A stretch of 40,706 bases of DNA from a virus (IMGVR_UViG_3300036402_000115:1-40706), one strand, 5' to 3'. Positions 9,198 through 17,384 are shown, counted from the stretch's first letter. The notes: a model not told the origin generated them from the sequence alone. Translations and numbers: made by a program.

Positions 9198-10441
9198 GAG
9201 ACCTACGCTTCAAGCTTTACATCGGGTGGAATGGCCGTGATTCCGGCGTAGCCAGGGTCGGTAGCGCCAAAGTCGCTCCGGCGGTCAGCTCGCTCGGCTA
9301 TGACCGGATCGGGTATCCGTTCACGCCTAGTTACTCTGGCCTCTACGACAATATCACCGGGCCTGGTCTTTACTCCGCCCTGGGATTCACCCTGACTCGC
9401 GGCCGGTCTAGCCGGTGGGAGAACATCGTGGCTGGGGAGCTTGGCCTGTCCGTCCACGACAAGGGCGACGGTCGGTACAACCCGAACAACCCGGCTAGTG
9501 TGCTCTACGGCAAGGTGCTCCCGATGGTGCCGTGCAAAGCGGTGGCGGTGCTCGAGGACAACGTCACCGAGGAGGACCTGTTCCACGGCTGGCTCGACGA
9601 GGAGGGTACCAACCCGGACGTCGACACACAGCTGGCTACGTTCAACTTCAAAGACCTGCTGATGCTGCTGGCCGATGACAATCCGATCATTGCTCCCACC
9701 GGGCCGATCTATGTCGGCGAGGTCATCGGACTGATCCTGGACTGGTTCGATTGGAAGAACCCGGCTCTGCGCAGTCTCGCCCGCGGCTCTCTACTCCCCG
9801 GTTTCCAGGCGATCGGTGACAAGAGCGGCCTAGATCTCATCGGCGAGATGCTGACTGTGGACCTTGGTCTGTTCTTCCATTCCCGAAAGAACGTCGCCAC
9901 TTATTACGACCGGTACGAGTACGCCCGGCGCGCGAGCATCGGCAACTTCCAGACTTCGGAGTCTCAGATTCCCGGCGTGGCCAGGAAGAACATTAAGAAC
10001 CGGATCATGGTGACCTATCCTCCGAACGCAGCTCAGGTGATTGAGGATCCGGACAGCAGACGCCAATATGGCCCGAAAGCGTGGCAGCCTGTCTCGAGCG
10101 AATATTTCGGTTCAGACGCTAACGCTGCCTCGTTCGGCAAATACAAGATCGCTCAGGGCAAGAACCCTATCAACACTGTCTGGGCGTTCACTGTCAGCGA
10201 AGGTCCGGTCGGTTACTTTGACAAGATCGTAACCGCTGATCTGATCGACCGTGTGACCATCGAGAATCCTGCCTTGAAGGATTACCATATTGAGCGGTTG
10301 GTGCATCGCGCCGAAGCTGGCGTCCTGCTCAAGACAGACTGGACGCTCTCAGAGCGTGCCGCGAACCTTCCCGCCCTAGTGGGCAAGGCGAAGGTCGCTC
10401 CTGCAATCAATACTCCCGGGTACGACCGGGTGACCTACTAG
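9194..10441 (+). CDS. Minor tail / tail-tip hub protein
   Basis: ATGA-coupled to tape measure. Contains RGRS...AGELGLSVHDKGDGRYNPNNPASVLYG and DSRRQYG. Confidence 0.8.
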   Translation: MRDLRFKLYIGWNGRDSGVARVGSAKVAPAVSSLGYDRIGYPFTPSYSGLYDNITGPGLYSALGFTLTRGRSSRWENIVAGELGLSVHDKGDGRYNPNNPASVLYGKVLPMVPCKAVAVLEDNVTEEDLFHGWLDEEGTNPDVDTQLATFNFKDLLMLLADDNPIIAPTGPIYVGEVIGLILDWFDWKNPALRSLARGSLLPGFQAIGDKSGLDLIGEMLTVDLGLFFHSRKNVATYYDRYEYARRASIGNFQTSESQIPGVARKNIKNRIMVTYPPNAAQVIEDPDSRRQYGPKAWQPVSSEYFGSDANAASFGKYKIAQGKNPINTVWAFTVSEGPVGYFDKIVTADLIDRVTIENPALKDYHIERLVHRAEAGVLLKTDWTLSERAANLPALVGKAKVAPAINTPGYDRVTY

Positions 10442-10450
10442 GAGGATTGG

Positions 10451-11362
10451 ATGCCCAGGCTCGTAACCGTAGCCAACTTAGCTGTTGACGACGCCATCTC
10501 GGAGGCGTTCGTCGATGCGCTCACCGGTAATGTCAACTTTCTGACTGTCGCAGGCGCGGACGTCGCCGCGCTTGGCGTAAACAACGGCGTGCCTATCACG
10601 GCGGGGTTTCAGCGCGTGACCGTTGCCACTGGCAACATTGACAACATCACTGATGCTGCCGGGTTGACGAACGGCGAGCCAGTCAAGCTGCTGTTCACCA
10701 ATGCGCAGACGCTTCGGAATAACGGCGGGGGTGTCGGCAATATCCGCACGCTCTCTGGCGCTGATCGCATCATCGCAGCGAACGAGATTGTCGAGCTTGC
10801 TTACGACGGCGTAACCGCTGTGTGGCGCGAAGTGGGAGGCAACAGCGGTTCGATGAAGCAGCTCTACGACTCGACGCTCGGAGCGCCTGCCGCGAGCTTC
10901 GACGTGCCGGGGATCTCGCAGGCCTATACCCAGCTCGAGGTTGTGCTGCACGGGCGGACTGATGTGGCGGGGGCAAGCTCTGACGTTAGCATCCGGCTCA
11001 ACAACGACTCGGCCGCCAATTACGACTTCAACTACTCCAGAGCGGTTGAGGGCGCGTCGGTGCCAGGGCTTTCTCGCGCTGCCACGTCGATCTTCTCAGG
11101 GAGTATCGCTGGAGGCGGTGCCGGAGGGAACCGATTCGGGTGCATCCGATGGATTATTCCGTATTACACGGACGCAGTTAACTACCAGGAGGTTCTTGCA
11201 GACGGCGGATTCGTTGGTAGCGCCGGTGCTGCCTCTTCGTCTGTGAGTGCCACGTCGGGCATTTGGGTCGCTACAGCGGCAGTTACTAGAATTACACTGT
11301 TCACCGCGGGCAACTTCGTCGCGGGTAGTCGTCTCTCAATCTACGGAGTATCTAATGGCTGA
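10451..11362 (+). CDS. Minor tail / receptor-binding fibre protein
   Basis: Gly/Ala/Thr-rich. C-terminal domain ISQAYTQLEVV...GIWVATAAVTRITLF...GSRLSIYG is typical of tail fibres. Confidence 0.72.
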   Translation: MPRLVTVANLAVDDAISEAFVDALTGNVNFLTVAGADVAALGVNNGVPITAGFQRVTVATGNIDNITDAAGLTNGEPVKLLFTNAQTLRNNGGGVGNIRTLSGADRIIAANEIVELAYDGVTAVWREVGGNSGSMKQLYDSTLGAPAASFDVPGISQAYTQLEVVLHGRTDVAGASSDVSIRLNNDSAANYDFNYSRAVEGASVPGLSRAATSIFSGSIAGGGAGGNRFGCIRWIIPYYTDAVNYQEVLADGGFVGSAGAASSSVSATSGIWVATAAVTRITLFTAGNFVAGSRLSIYGVSNG

Positions 11363-11738
11363 TCGTCCGAGTAAGCACGTTGGCAACGCTGGCGACGAGC
11401 CGATCGTCGTCGTCTCGATCGTTAACGGTGACAAGCAGGTGTTCACCATCGAACCAGGGGGGAGCCTCGATATCCCACTTGACGACGACGAGCACGCGGA
11501 GCACCAGGCACGGGCAGCGGCTTTCGATCCGCGCGCCGAATCGGCAGAACGCCGTACGCGAGAGGTCATAGAGATCCTGGCGGGTACCGACAAGTGGGCC
11601 GCCAGGGCGGTCGAAGAGAAGGTGGATATGAGAGCCGACCGGGTAGCTTACCGGCAGGCTCTCCGGGCCAAACTCGGCGAGATCGCAAAATCATCCAATC
11701 CGGGAGCAGTAAAGCTCCCCACTCCTCCCTCTCCCTAA
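11355..11738 (+). CDS. Tail fibre assembly chaperone-like protein (MADRPSKH...)
   Basis: ATG 11355 overlaps the fibre stop. Motif LAGTDKW...AYRQALR...LPTPP. Confidence 0.62.
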   Translation: MADRPSKHVGNAGDEPIVVVSIVNGDKQVFTIEPGGSLDIPLDDDEHAEHQARAAAFDPRAESAERRTREVIEILAGTDKWAARAVEEKVDMRADRVAYRQALRAKLGEIAKSSNPGAVKLPTPPSP

Positions 11739-11740
11739 TC

Positions 11741-11977
11741 ATGTGGCTGGCCGCTACCGAGATCGACCTGATCCAGCTTATCCGCGACGGTGGCATCGTC
11801 GTAGAGACTCTGCTGATCTTGTGGGCGATCCTGACAAGGCGGCTAGTACCGGGCTGGGCGTACAGCGACGCTGTAGAACGTGAATCAAAATGGGAGAAGC
11901 TAGCCCTGGAAGGAACCACTATCGCACGTGACAGCGTGGAAACCCTCAAGCACGCGGCCACCGAGGCTAACAGATGA
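11741..11977 (+). CDS. Small membrane protein, holin-like (MWLAATEID...)
   Basis: One hydrophobic segment, then RRLVPG and a coiled-coil. Lies upstream of the endolysin. Confidence 0.62.
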   Translation: MWLAATEIDLIQLIRDGGIVVETLLILWAILTRRLVPGWAYSDAVERESKWEKLALEGTTIARDSVETLKHAATEANR

Positions 11978-12165
11978 AGAAGCACCTGATGCGTAGGTTC
12001 TACCACTCAGCCGCGGACAACCACCTACACGGCACGCATGACCTCCTGGCGGAAGGGGTCGAAAGGGAGCAGGCGAGGCTGCGACGTGAGCTAGGTTATC
12101 TCAAGGCGGCGGTCGGCGTCTACACGGGCCAACCGGTTCAACAGACACAGGAGGGGCAAGCGTGA
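11974..12165 (+). CDS. Hypothetical protein (lysis region)
   Basis: ATGA/GTGA overlaps with both neighbours. Confidence 0.6.
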   Translation: MKKHLMRRFYHSAADNHLHGTHDLLAEGVEREQARLRRELGYLKAAVGVYTGQPVQQTQEGQA

Positions 12166-12545
12166 TCCACGCGAAGCCGTGGGAGTGGTTGGTGTTTGGC
12201 ATCGCCCTTTGGGGCGTCATGCGCTCGAGTTCGAATCTCCAGGCCGCCATCGGCGACCTGCAGAGGCTCCGGCGCTCGCACCAGCATACGGATCGGCGGA
12301 TGCGGATCGTTGCTAAGGGGTACGTCCGAGCGGAGGCTACCAGGCTGATCGCTCAGACGTTGGCGTTCGTTGGGGGCACAGCTCTTGTGCTCACAGAACC
12401 GAATGACCGGGTTAGGTTTATCATCCGGGCTATCCTTATCGCGTTCATCGTCCTGCTGAATGTCCAGTCAGAGCTGGCGGCACGTACGCGCCGCAAGGTC
12501 ATCGAGTATGAACTCGGTGGCAACACGGGGAAGGAGCAAAAGTGA
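12162..12545 (+). CDS. Membrane protein with about 3 hydrophobic segments (lysis region)
   Basis: Segments WLVFGIALWGV, LAFVGGTALVL and FIIRAILIAFIVLL. RBS GGAGG. Confidence 0.7.
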   Translation: MIHAKPWEWLVFGIALWGVMRSSSNLQAAIGDLQRLRRSHQHTDRRMRIVAKGYVRAEATRLIAQTLAFVGGTALVLTEPNDRVRFIIRAILIAFIVLLNVQSELAARTRRKVIEYELGGNTGKEQK

Positions 12546-13168
12546 TGGTCAGTAAGAGAGAGCTGCATTGGCGCGAGTGGGTCCTAGGTGAGGGCCGCTA
12601 CGCCGAGCGGGGGCCGCGGTCTCAGCCCCGGCCAAACTTCGGCTACGGCGGGGTCGGTCAGAAGCCAGTTCCGCGTACCTGGTGGGCGAGGCTCGAGGTT
12701 TTTATCTCCAAGCGCGAGAGGGACTTCGAGCCGAAGCCGATGCCGCCGGATCCGGCCGACCCGGCCTCTCGCCCGGGGATGCTGTCCGCACATTACAACG
12801 TCCGGGAGTTCGACTGCCATAACGGCCGCCGGGTTCCGCAGGTGGCGGTTCCTGCGCTGGCCAGGCTGGCCCAGCAGTTCCTCGAGCCGATGCGGGCGAA
12901 GTTCGGCCGTGGCCGGGTCCTGTCCGGCTACCGGCCGAGGGACTACAACCGGAAGATCGGCGGAGCCTCACAGAGCCAGCACATCTACGACGATGACCCG
13001 ACCACTGTGGCGGCTGACCTGACGTTCGAGCGTGGGACGCCGACACAGTGGGCTGTCGAAGCTCGACGGATCGCCGACCGGCTGGGTTACGGTGGCGTCG
13101 GCGAATACCCGACCTCCGGGTTCGTCCACATGGACAACCGGCGGTACCGCGCCAACTGGAAGGGCTGA
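12542..13168 (+). CDS. Endolysin, peptidase M15A (Zn D-Ala-D-Ala peptidase) family
   Basis: Contains HYNVREFDC, SGYRPRDYNRKIGGASQSQH, AADL and GGVGEYPTSGFVHMDNR. Confidence 0.9.
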   Translation: MMVSKRELHWREWVLGEGRYAERGPRSQPRPNFGYGGVGQKPVPRTWWARLEVFISKRERDFEPKPMPPDPADPASRPGMLSAHYNVREFDCHNGRRVPQVAVPALARLAQQFLEPMRAKFGRGRVLSGYRPRDYNRKIGGASQSQHIYDDDPTTVAADLTFERGTPTQWAVEARRIADRLGYGGVGEYPTSGFVHMDNRRYRANWKG

Positions 13169-13169
13169 A

Positions 13170-13553
13170 ATGTTCAGATCGCTCAAGAACCTGTGGAAGC
13201 GGAACCCGGCTGTCCGGCTGGCGGCGCGGAACCTCGTTGTCGCCGGAGCCAGCTACGTCGCCGGTGGCCTCCTGTCCGGGTTCACCGATTGGCGGAGCTT
13301 CGCGGCGAGCGCCATCACCACGACGATCACCACGGTCCTCGGGCTGACGACTCCTCTCGAGCCTTTCGTCGGGGTGAACAAGGCAGCCGGGGTTAGGGTG
13401 CCGGTCCAGGCGCATACGCCCGACGGAGAGCCGCCGGTGGCCTTGAAGCGGTATGAGAAGCTGGGAGCCTCGGCCGATCCCGACGAGGCAGCGCATCTCG
13501 GCCAGCGGGTGGTAGTGAGAGAAGACACCTCGGCGGCCTCGCCGCTCGAGTAA
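13170..13553 (+). CDS. Putative holin (MFRSLKNLW...)
   Basis: ATG 1 nt after the endolysin stop. Two hydrophobic segments separated by DW. Confidence 0.65.
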   Translation: MFRSLKNLWKRNPAVRLAARNLVVAGASYVAGGLLSGFTDWRSFAASAITTTITTVLGLTTPLEPFVGVNKAAGVRVPVQAHTPDGEPPVALKRYEKLGASADPDEAAHLGQRVVVREDTSAASPLE

Positions 13554-13602
13554 AGCCTGGGAGCGGAAGCGGTTCTCCCGTGTCCGCCGTAAGCTCCCCG
13601 TG

Positions 13603-13639
13603 ACAGAGACGGCCCCGGCTCGCGCTGGGGCCGTCCTGT
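13603..13639. terminator. Hairpin between convergent operons
   Basis: GACGGCCCCGGC-tcgc-GCTGGGGCCGTC. Confidence 0.6.
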
Positions 13640-13656
13640 GTCCGGGCCGGTTCACA

Positions 13657-13683
13657 GGAGAGGCCCGGATTCCGGGCCTCTCC
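13657..13683. terminator. Second hairpin / perfect inverted repeat between convergent operons
   Basis: GGAGAGGCCCGGA-t-TCCGGGCCTCTCC. Confidence 0.6.
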
Positions 13684-13801
13684 ACGCTGCGATTATGATA
13701 GTTCGGCACTTTGTAGTCTGCTGGCTACATCGTCCTCGCCTCCTCCTTCGGTTGGGGGGAGGGGCCACCGCAGCGGCCCCTCCGGCTCAACCGAACTCGG
13801 C

Positions 13802-14311
13802 CTAGCTCTTCGCGCCGGAGCGCCGCCCTGCGGCCTTCGGCTTCGGCTTCGGCTTCGGGTCGGGCTTGGCCTCGGCGCGGATCGGCGTGACGTTGCTGTT
13901 GGCCGCGTCGTGTTCGGCCTGCTCCGCGGCCACCTGCTCCTCGAGGTTCGCCTCGGCGGCGGGCTTGGCCGCGGCGGGCTTGGCCGCCTTCTTCTCGTTG
14001 GCGCGCTTCTCGGCGGCGGCGCGCTTCTCGGCCGCCTTCTTCTCGTCGGCGGTGGCCTTGTCCGAGAGGATCTGCTGCTTCCGCTCGAGGAACGACTCCC
14101 AGCCGCGGGCCTTGATCAGCTTCTCCGCGTCCGCCTTGTCGAACTTGACAAGGCAGTTGCCCGTGTCGAGGCCGAGGATGCAGACGATCAGGTCGGACTT
14201 GAGGCGGGCGTCCAGGCCCGGCTTGAAGTTGCCGCCCTCGCCGAGGTACTGCTTGGGCACGCCCTGGTCGGCGGCGGTGATCTTCTTCGGCTTGGTCTCG
14301 GTAGCACTCAT
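13802..14311 (-). CDS. FxxGxDAR-motif protein with a histone-like Lys/Ala/Pro tail (MSATETKPKK...)
   Basis: RBS AAGGAGGG before ATG 14311. Strong GC3 codon bias. Paralog of 33812..34111. Confidence 0.85.
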   Translation of the reverse strand: MSATETKPKKITAADQGVPKQYLGEGGNFKPGLDARLKSDLIVCILGLDTGNCLVKFDKADAEKLIKARGWESFLERKQQILSDKATADEKKAAEKRAAAEKRANEKKAAKPAAAKPAAEANLEEQVAAEQAEHDAANSNVTPIRAEAKPDPKPKPKPKAAGRRSGAKS

Positions 14312-14851
14312 GTTGCGTCCCTCCTTGGGGATTGACGTGCGGTTTTTGAGGTGTCGTCCGTGGTGCCTTTTGCGGTCGGAGTGCTGCACGTCGGCTCTGC
14401 ATCCTTTGCAGCGGTACTCCGACGCTTCGCCCGGCCGCGAGCTTTTCCGCTCGAAGAGCTGGTCGAAGCTGAGATCGAGCAGGAACAGGGCCGCCGGGTC
14501 GAAGCCGCGCACCTGTTGCGTCGGCTGCTTGCCCACGTCGAGGAGCGCCTTGTTGGCGGCGACCTCATCGATGAGACCATCGTCCTGCTGCGTGTCTGGC
14601 ATGCTCCGAACCTCCCGTGTTCGGTTGCTGGCAGCTGCAGTAAAGCAAACGTCGGGGGTCTGCGTCAAGTCGGGATGCTGCGCCGCGCTCCTGCTGGCCT
14701 CGCTCGCATGCTCAAGCGGGATCCACCGGCCGGACTCTTTCGCCTGCACGACCGGGCAGTCCGTGCAGCGTCGAATATTGCCGGTGCGCTCGAAACGGTG
14801 GCGATGCGGAGCGCTCGCGGCCTGGCGGCGATCCTCGGCGCGGCGGCCCAT
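13802..14851 (-). CDS. Longer in-frame forms of the same ORF, from RBS-ATG 14851 (MGRRAED...) and 14602 (MPDTQQD...); Cys/His-rich segments
   Basis: No stop between 14851 and 13802. Each ATG has a GGAGG-type RBS. ATG 14851 is TAATG-coupled to the upstream gene. Confidence 0.55.
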   Translation of the reverse strand: MGRRAEDRRQAASAPHRHRFERTGNIRRCTDCPVVQAKESGRWIPLEHASEASRSAAQHPDLTQTPDVCFTAAASNRTREVRSMPDTQQDDGLIDEVAANKALLDVGKQPTQQVRGFDPAALFLLDLSFDQLFERKSSRPGEASEYRCKGCRADVQHSDRKRHHGRHLKNRTSIPKEGRNMSATETKPKKITAADQGVPKQYLGEGGNFKPGLDARLKSDLIVCILGLDTGNCLVKFDKADAEKLIKARGWESFLERKQQILSDKATADEKKAAEKRAAAEKRANEKKAAKPAAAKPAAEANLEEQVAAEQAEHDAANSNVTPIRAEAKPDPKPKPKPKAAGRRSGAKS

Positions 14852-15021
14852 TACTGCCCTTCCTCCTTTACCTGCACGAGTCGAATGGTCTCGTTCAGCT
14901 TCGTGCTTGCGCGCTCCGCCAGAGCGATCCCGGCATAGGTCGCTTCGATGATGCTGGGCACTACGACCCGCTGCATGCCTGCGTTGCTGAAAGAGAGCAA
15001 GAACGTGCTGATGGTTTCCAT
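14851..15021 (-). CDS. 56-aa hypothetical protein (METISTFLLSFSNAG...), first gene of the leftward operon; not in the ORF track
   Basis: RBS AGGAGG and ATG 15021 downstream of a TTGACA promoter. Its TAA overlaps the next ATG. Confidence 0.65.
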   Translation of the reverse strand: METISTFLLSFSNAGMQRVVVPSIIEATYAGIALAERASTKLNETIRLVQVKEEGQ

Positions 15022-15060
15022 TTTTGCCTCCTGCTGGGAAGGGAAGAACCTTACCTCTAA

Positions 15061-15089
15061 AGTAAATCATATGGACTGGTTGGTGTCAA
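15061..15089 (-). promoter_or_regulatory. Leftward sigma70/SigA-type promoter
   Basis: Minus strand reads TTGACA-17 nt-TTTACT, preceded by TGn. Confidence 0.6.
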
Positions 15090-15108
15090 GCGCTAGGCAT
15101 AGGGGGGA

Positions 15109-15137
15109 TTTACAAAGCGAATCGGGTGTGGTAGGAT
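15109..15137 (+). promoter_or_regulatory. Rightward promoter, probably giving a leaderless methyltransferase mRNA
   Basis: TTTACA-17 nt-TAGGAT with an extended TG. GTG start lies 7 nt downstream with no RBS. Confidence 0.62.
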
Positions 15138-15144
15138 CGTCTCC

Positions 15145-16113
15145 GTGCCACGTCCCAGCAGGCGGCCATTCCGAATCTTAGACTTGTTCGCCAAGGCGGG
15201 CGGCTGCTCTGTCGGCTTCGCACGAGCAGCTGAGAAGCTTGGCCTCGAGCCGTACGTGGTCGGAATAGACAAGGACTGGCAGAAACGCTACCCGTCGAGC
15301 GACCTTGTAAGCGTCGAGCACACCGGCACCCCGAACACTACCTATCGCTTCTTGCAGGGCGACGTTCTTGAGCTGCTGAACACGGCGTGGGGCCGCCGGT
15401 TCATCCGGACGTTCGACTTTGTGCACGCAAGCCCCCCCTGTCAGTTCTACTCGATAGCGCGTAGTATCGGCAATGGGGCCGATCACCCGGAGCTGATCGA
15501 GCCGACCCGTGATGGACTCCTGGCGGCCGGTGTACCCTACTCAATAGAGAACGTGGAGAAAGCGAAGTGGGCGCTACGTGACCCCGTGATGCTGTGTGGG
15601 TCGATGTTCAATCGCGATATTAAGCGACACCGCCTGTTTGAGACCTCCCTTCCGATAGAACAGCCCGACTGTCACCATGATCGTTGGGTCAATCGCTACG
15701 TCATCCAGCGCTCCAGAGGGCGAGCTGAAAAGCATGCTGTTAGGAGTCGCGTGGTATCAGTCTTCGGTAGGCAGACCGGCACAAAACGGGTCGGCTTCGA
15801 TTTGGCTACTATCGTAAACGCCAAGGGCATCCCGCGGACAGTGCCGGTAGAAGGGGCCTCGACCGTCAGCGTGTTTGGCAACGCAGGGGACACGTATGGG
15901 CCTATCTCTGTCGAGGAGATCGAGCAGCATCGGTTCTACGAGGCCCCCGTCGTACATGTGCACGGGACCTCTGGAGGCAAGGGCGGTGTGGACCTTTGGC
16001 GCGAGGTGATGGGGATCGAGTGGATGGTGGCCAATGAGATCCGCGAGGCGATCCCGCCAGATTACACGGAGTGGTTGGGGATGCGGCTCTTCCCGCAGAT
16101 TGTCAAATCTTGA
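15145..16113 (+). CDS. DNA (cytosine-5) methyltransferase, phage type
   Basis: Motif I ILDLFAKAGG, motif IV HASPPCQ, motif VI IENV, plus LCGSMF...RHRLFE and EAIPPDYTEWLG. Confidence 0.88.
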   Translation: MPRPSRRPFRILDLFAKAGGCSVGFARAAEKLGLEPYVVGIDKDWQKRYPSSDLVSVEHTGTPNTTYRFLQGDVLELLNTAWGRRFIRTFDFVHASPPCQFYSIARSIGNGADHPELIEPTRDGLLAAGVPYSIENVEKAKWALRDPVMLCGSMFNRDIKRHRLFETSLPIEQPDCHHDRWVNRYVIQRSRGRAEKHAVRSRVVSVFGRQTGTKRVGFDLATIVNAKGIPRTVPVEGASTVSVFGNAGDTYGPISVEEIEQHRFYEAPVVHVHGTSGGKGGVDLWREVMGIEWMVANEIREAIPPDYTEWLGMRLFPQIVKS

Positions 16114-16139
16114 CAGCCTGGGTGCCGGTCTGATATACT
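16110..16139 (+). promoter_or_regulatory. Strong sigma70/SigA-type early promoter
   Basis: TTGACA-18 nt-TATACT with an extended TG, upstream of the RBS of 16184. Confidence 0.75.
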
Positions 16140-16183
16140 CTAAGTAGCTCCATTCCCCACCTCTCCCAGCAGGAGGTTTAGTA

Positions 16184-16834
16184 ATGTTTGAAATCTACTC
16201 AGACAGTGGCCAGCTTCTCGCCGAGGCTGCAACGCTCGCCGCCGCCCGACTCGGTGCGCTAACGATACTGCTCGAGGACGGCCAAGAAGTCGTCCACATT
16301 CGAGGCCGGGACTCCCGCATCCGCGAGTTCCGGCTGAGCCGGTATGACCTCTCGACTCCCGAGCTTGGCCAGCGGATCGCCGACGTGGTGGGGATCATGG
16401 CGAAGGCCGCCACGTTGGCCGCCAAGGAGGCTGAGATCTCGCATGAAGAAGGGAGCGATTACCCGCTTACCAACAGAGACGAGCTGGACGACGTGCTCGG
16501 TGAGGCTTCCCAGCTCATCCAGCGGTGCCGTCGTGCGGCTGGTCTCTCGGCGGAATCTGCTCGTCTGAGCCGCCTGCGCAACCACGCTTCCAGCTTGTAT
16601 GTCGGCGATGGCGTTTACGCGCGGCATTTCGCCGATGGGTACGAGGTCGGGAACCGCCTGGCTCTAGCTGGGATCTCTCCATTGGAGCAGGGCTGGCAGA
16701 AAGAGGGGCGGGTGCGCCACATCCCGCGTGGTTCGCATGGTTCGGTGTGGAACAAGGGCGTTCTCCGCGGATACCACGCCACGCTCGAGGCTGGCCCGGA
16801 TGGGATCCATCGCCCCCTGGAGAACATGGCATGA
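16184..16834 (+). CDS. Hypothetical protein, first gene of the early operon
   Basis: RBS AGGAGG after the promoter. 216 aa. Confidence 0.75.
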   Translation: MFEIYSDSGQLLAEAATLAAARLGALTILLEDGQEVVHIRGRDSRIREFRLSRYDLSTPELGQRIADVVGIMAKAATLAAKEAEISHEEGSDYPLTNRDELDDVLGEASQLIQRCRRAAGLSAESARLSRLRNHASSLYVGDGVYARHFADGYEVGNRLALAGISPLEQGWQKEGRVRHIPRGSHGSVWNKGVLRGYHATLEAGPDGIHRPLENMA

Positions 16835-17079
16835 GACCGGCTGACCTCTCAAACACGAAGTGGGTTGCAGCTGCCGACCTCCACGCGGGCATGGAGATCA
16901 TCGACTGGCACGACGGGCACGGGCACGGGGTGTTCGGCTTCGAGGCGCAGGCCCGGCGTGTTGTCGAGGTCGAGATTTATCTCGATCCCACCGTGGACCA
17001 GCGGTTCGTGCGTGTCACCCTCGAGGATCGGCACAATCGTCTCTGGACACCCAGCCAGCTCGTGGAGGTACACCAATGA
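16831..17079 (+). CDS. Hypothetical beta-rich protein (MRPADLSNTKW...)
   Basis: ATGA overlaps at both ends. Confidence 0.65.
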   Translation: MRPADLSNTKWVAAADLHAGMEIIDWHDGHGHGVFGFEAQARRVVEVEIYLDPTVDQRFVRVTLEDRHNRLWTPSQLVEVHQ

Positions 17080-17384
17080 GCGAGCCGTATGGGCATAGAG
17101 GTCACCCGACGAGCACCGAGGTCATCCGCGCGGCTGTGCTCCGGCCGCGCCTGGGCGTGACCCTGGCCGTGCTCTGCGAGCACGGGTTCTCGTTCGAGGA
17201 GGCGCGCGGGTTCGTGGCCGGTGTGGCCTGGGAGATCGGCGCGCATGACGCAGGGGAGACGTGGTCAGACCTGAGCAGCGCCAAGAAGACGCTGGATTCT
17301 GTGCTGTTTGGCCGGGCGGCCAAGGAGTGGTCTCTCGGTCTGCTCGACCAGGCTATCGAACAGATCAAGGAGGCGGCACTGTGA
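17076..17384 (+). CDS. Hypothetical protein (MSEPYGHRG...)
   Basis: RBS GGAGGT and ATGA coupling. Confidence 0.68.
   Translation: MSEPYGHRGHPTSTEVIRAAVLRPRLGVTLAVLCEHGFSFEEARGFVAGVAWEIGAHDAGETWSDLSSAKKTLDSVLFGRAAKEWSLGLLDQAIEQIKEAAL

Noticed and set aside
12225-12240. GTTCGAATC T-loop-like sequence suggesting a tRNA
   Set aside because: It lies inside a membrane-protein CDS, and I could not build a cloverleaf around it.
12702-13709. 335-aa minus-strand ORF in frame with the SD-ATG-TAG, raising possible TAG read-through or recoding
   Set aside because: It crosses two hairpins and is antisense to the lysis genes. TAG is a normal stop for many genes here (capsid, TerL), so there is no evidence of recoding.
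13866-14951. 361-aa plus-strand ORF
   Set aside because: Mirror of the minus-strand frame, which has the RBSs, the promoter and a paralog.
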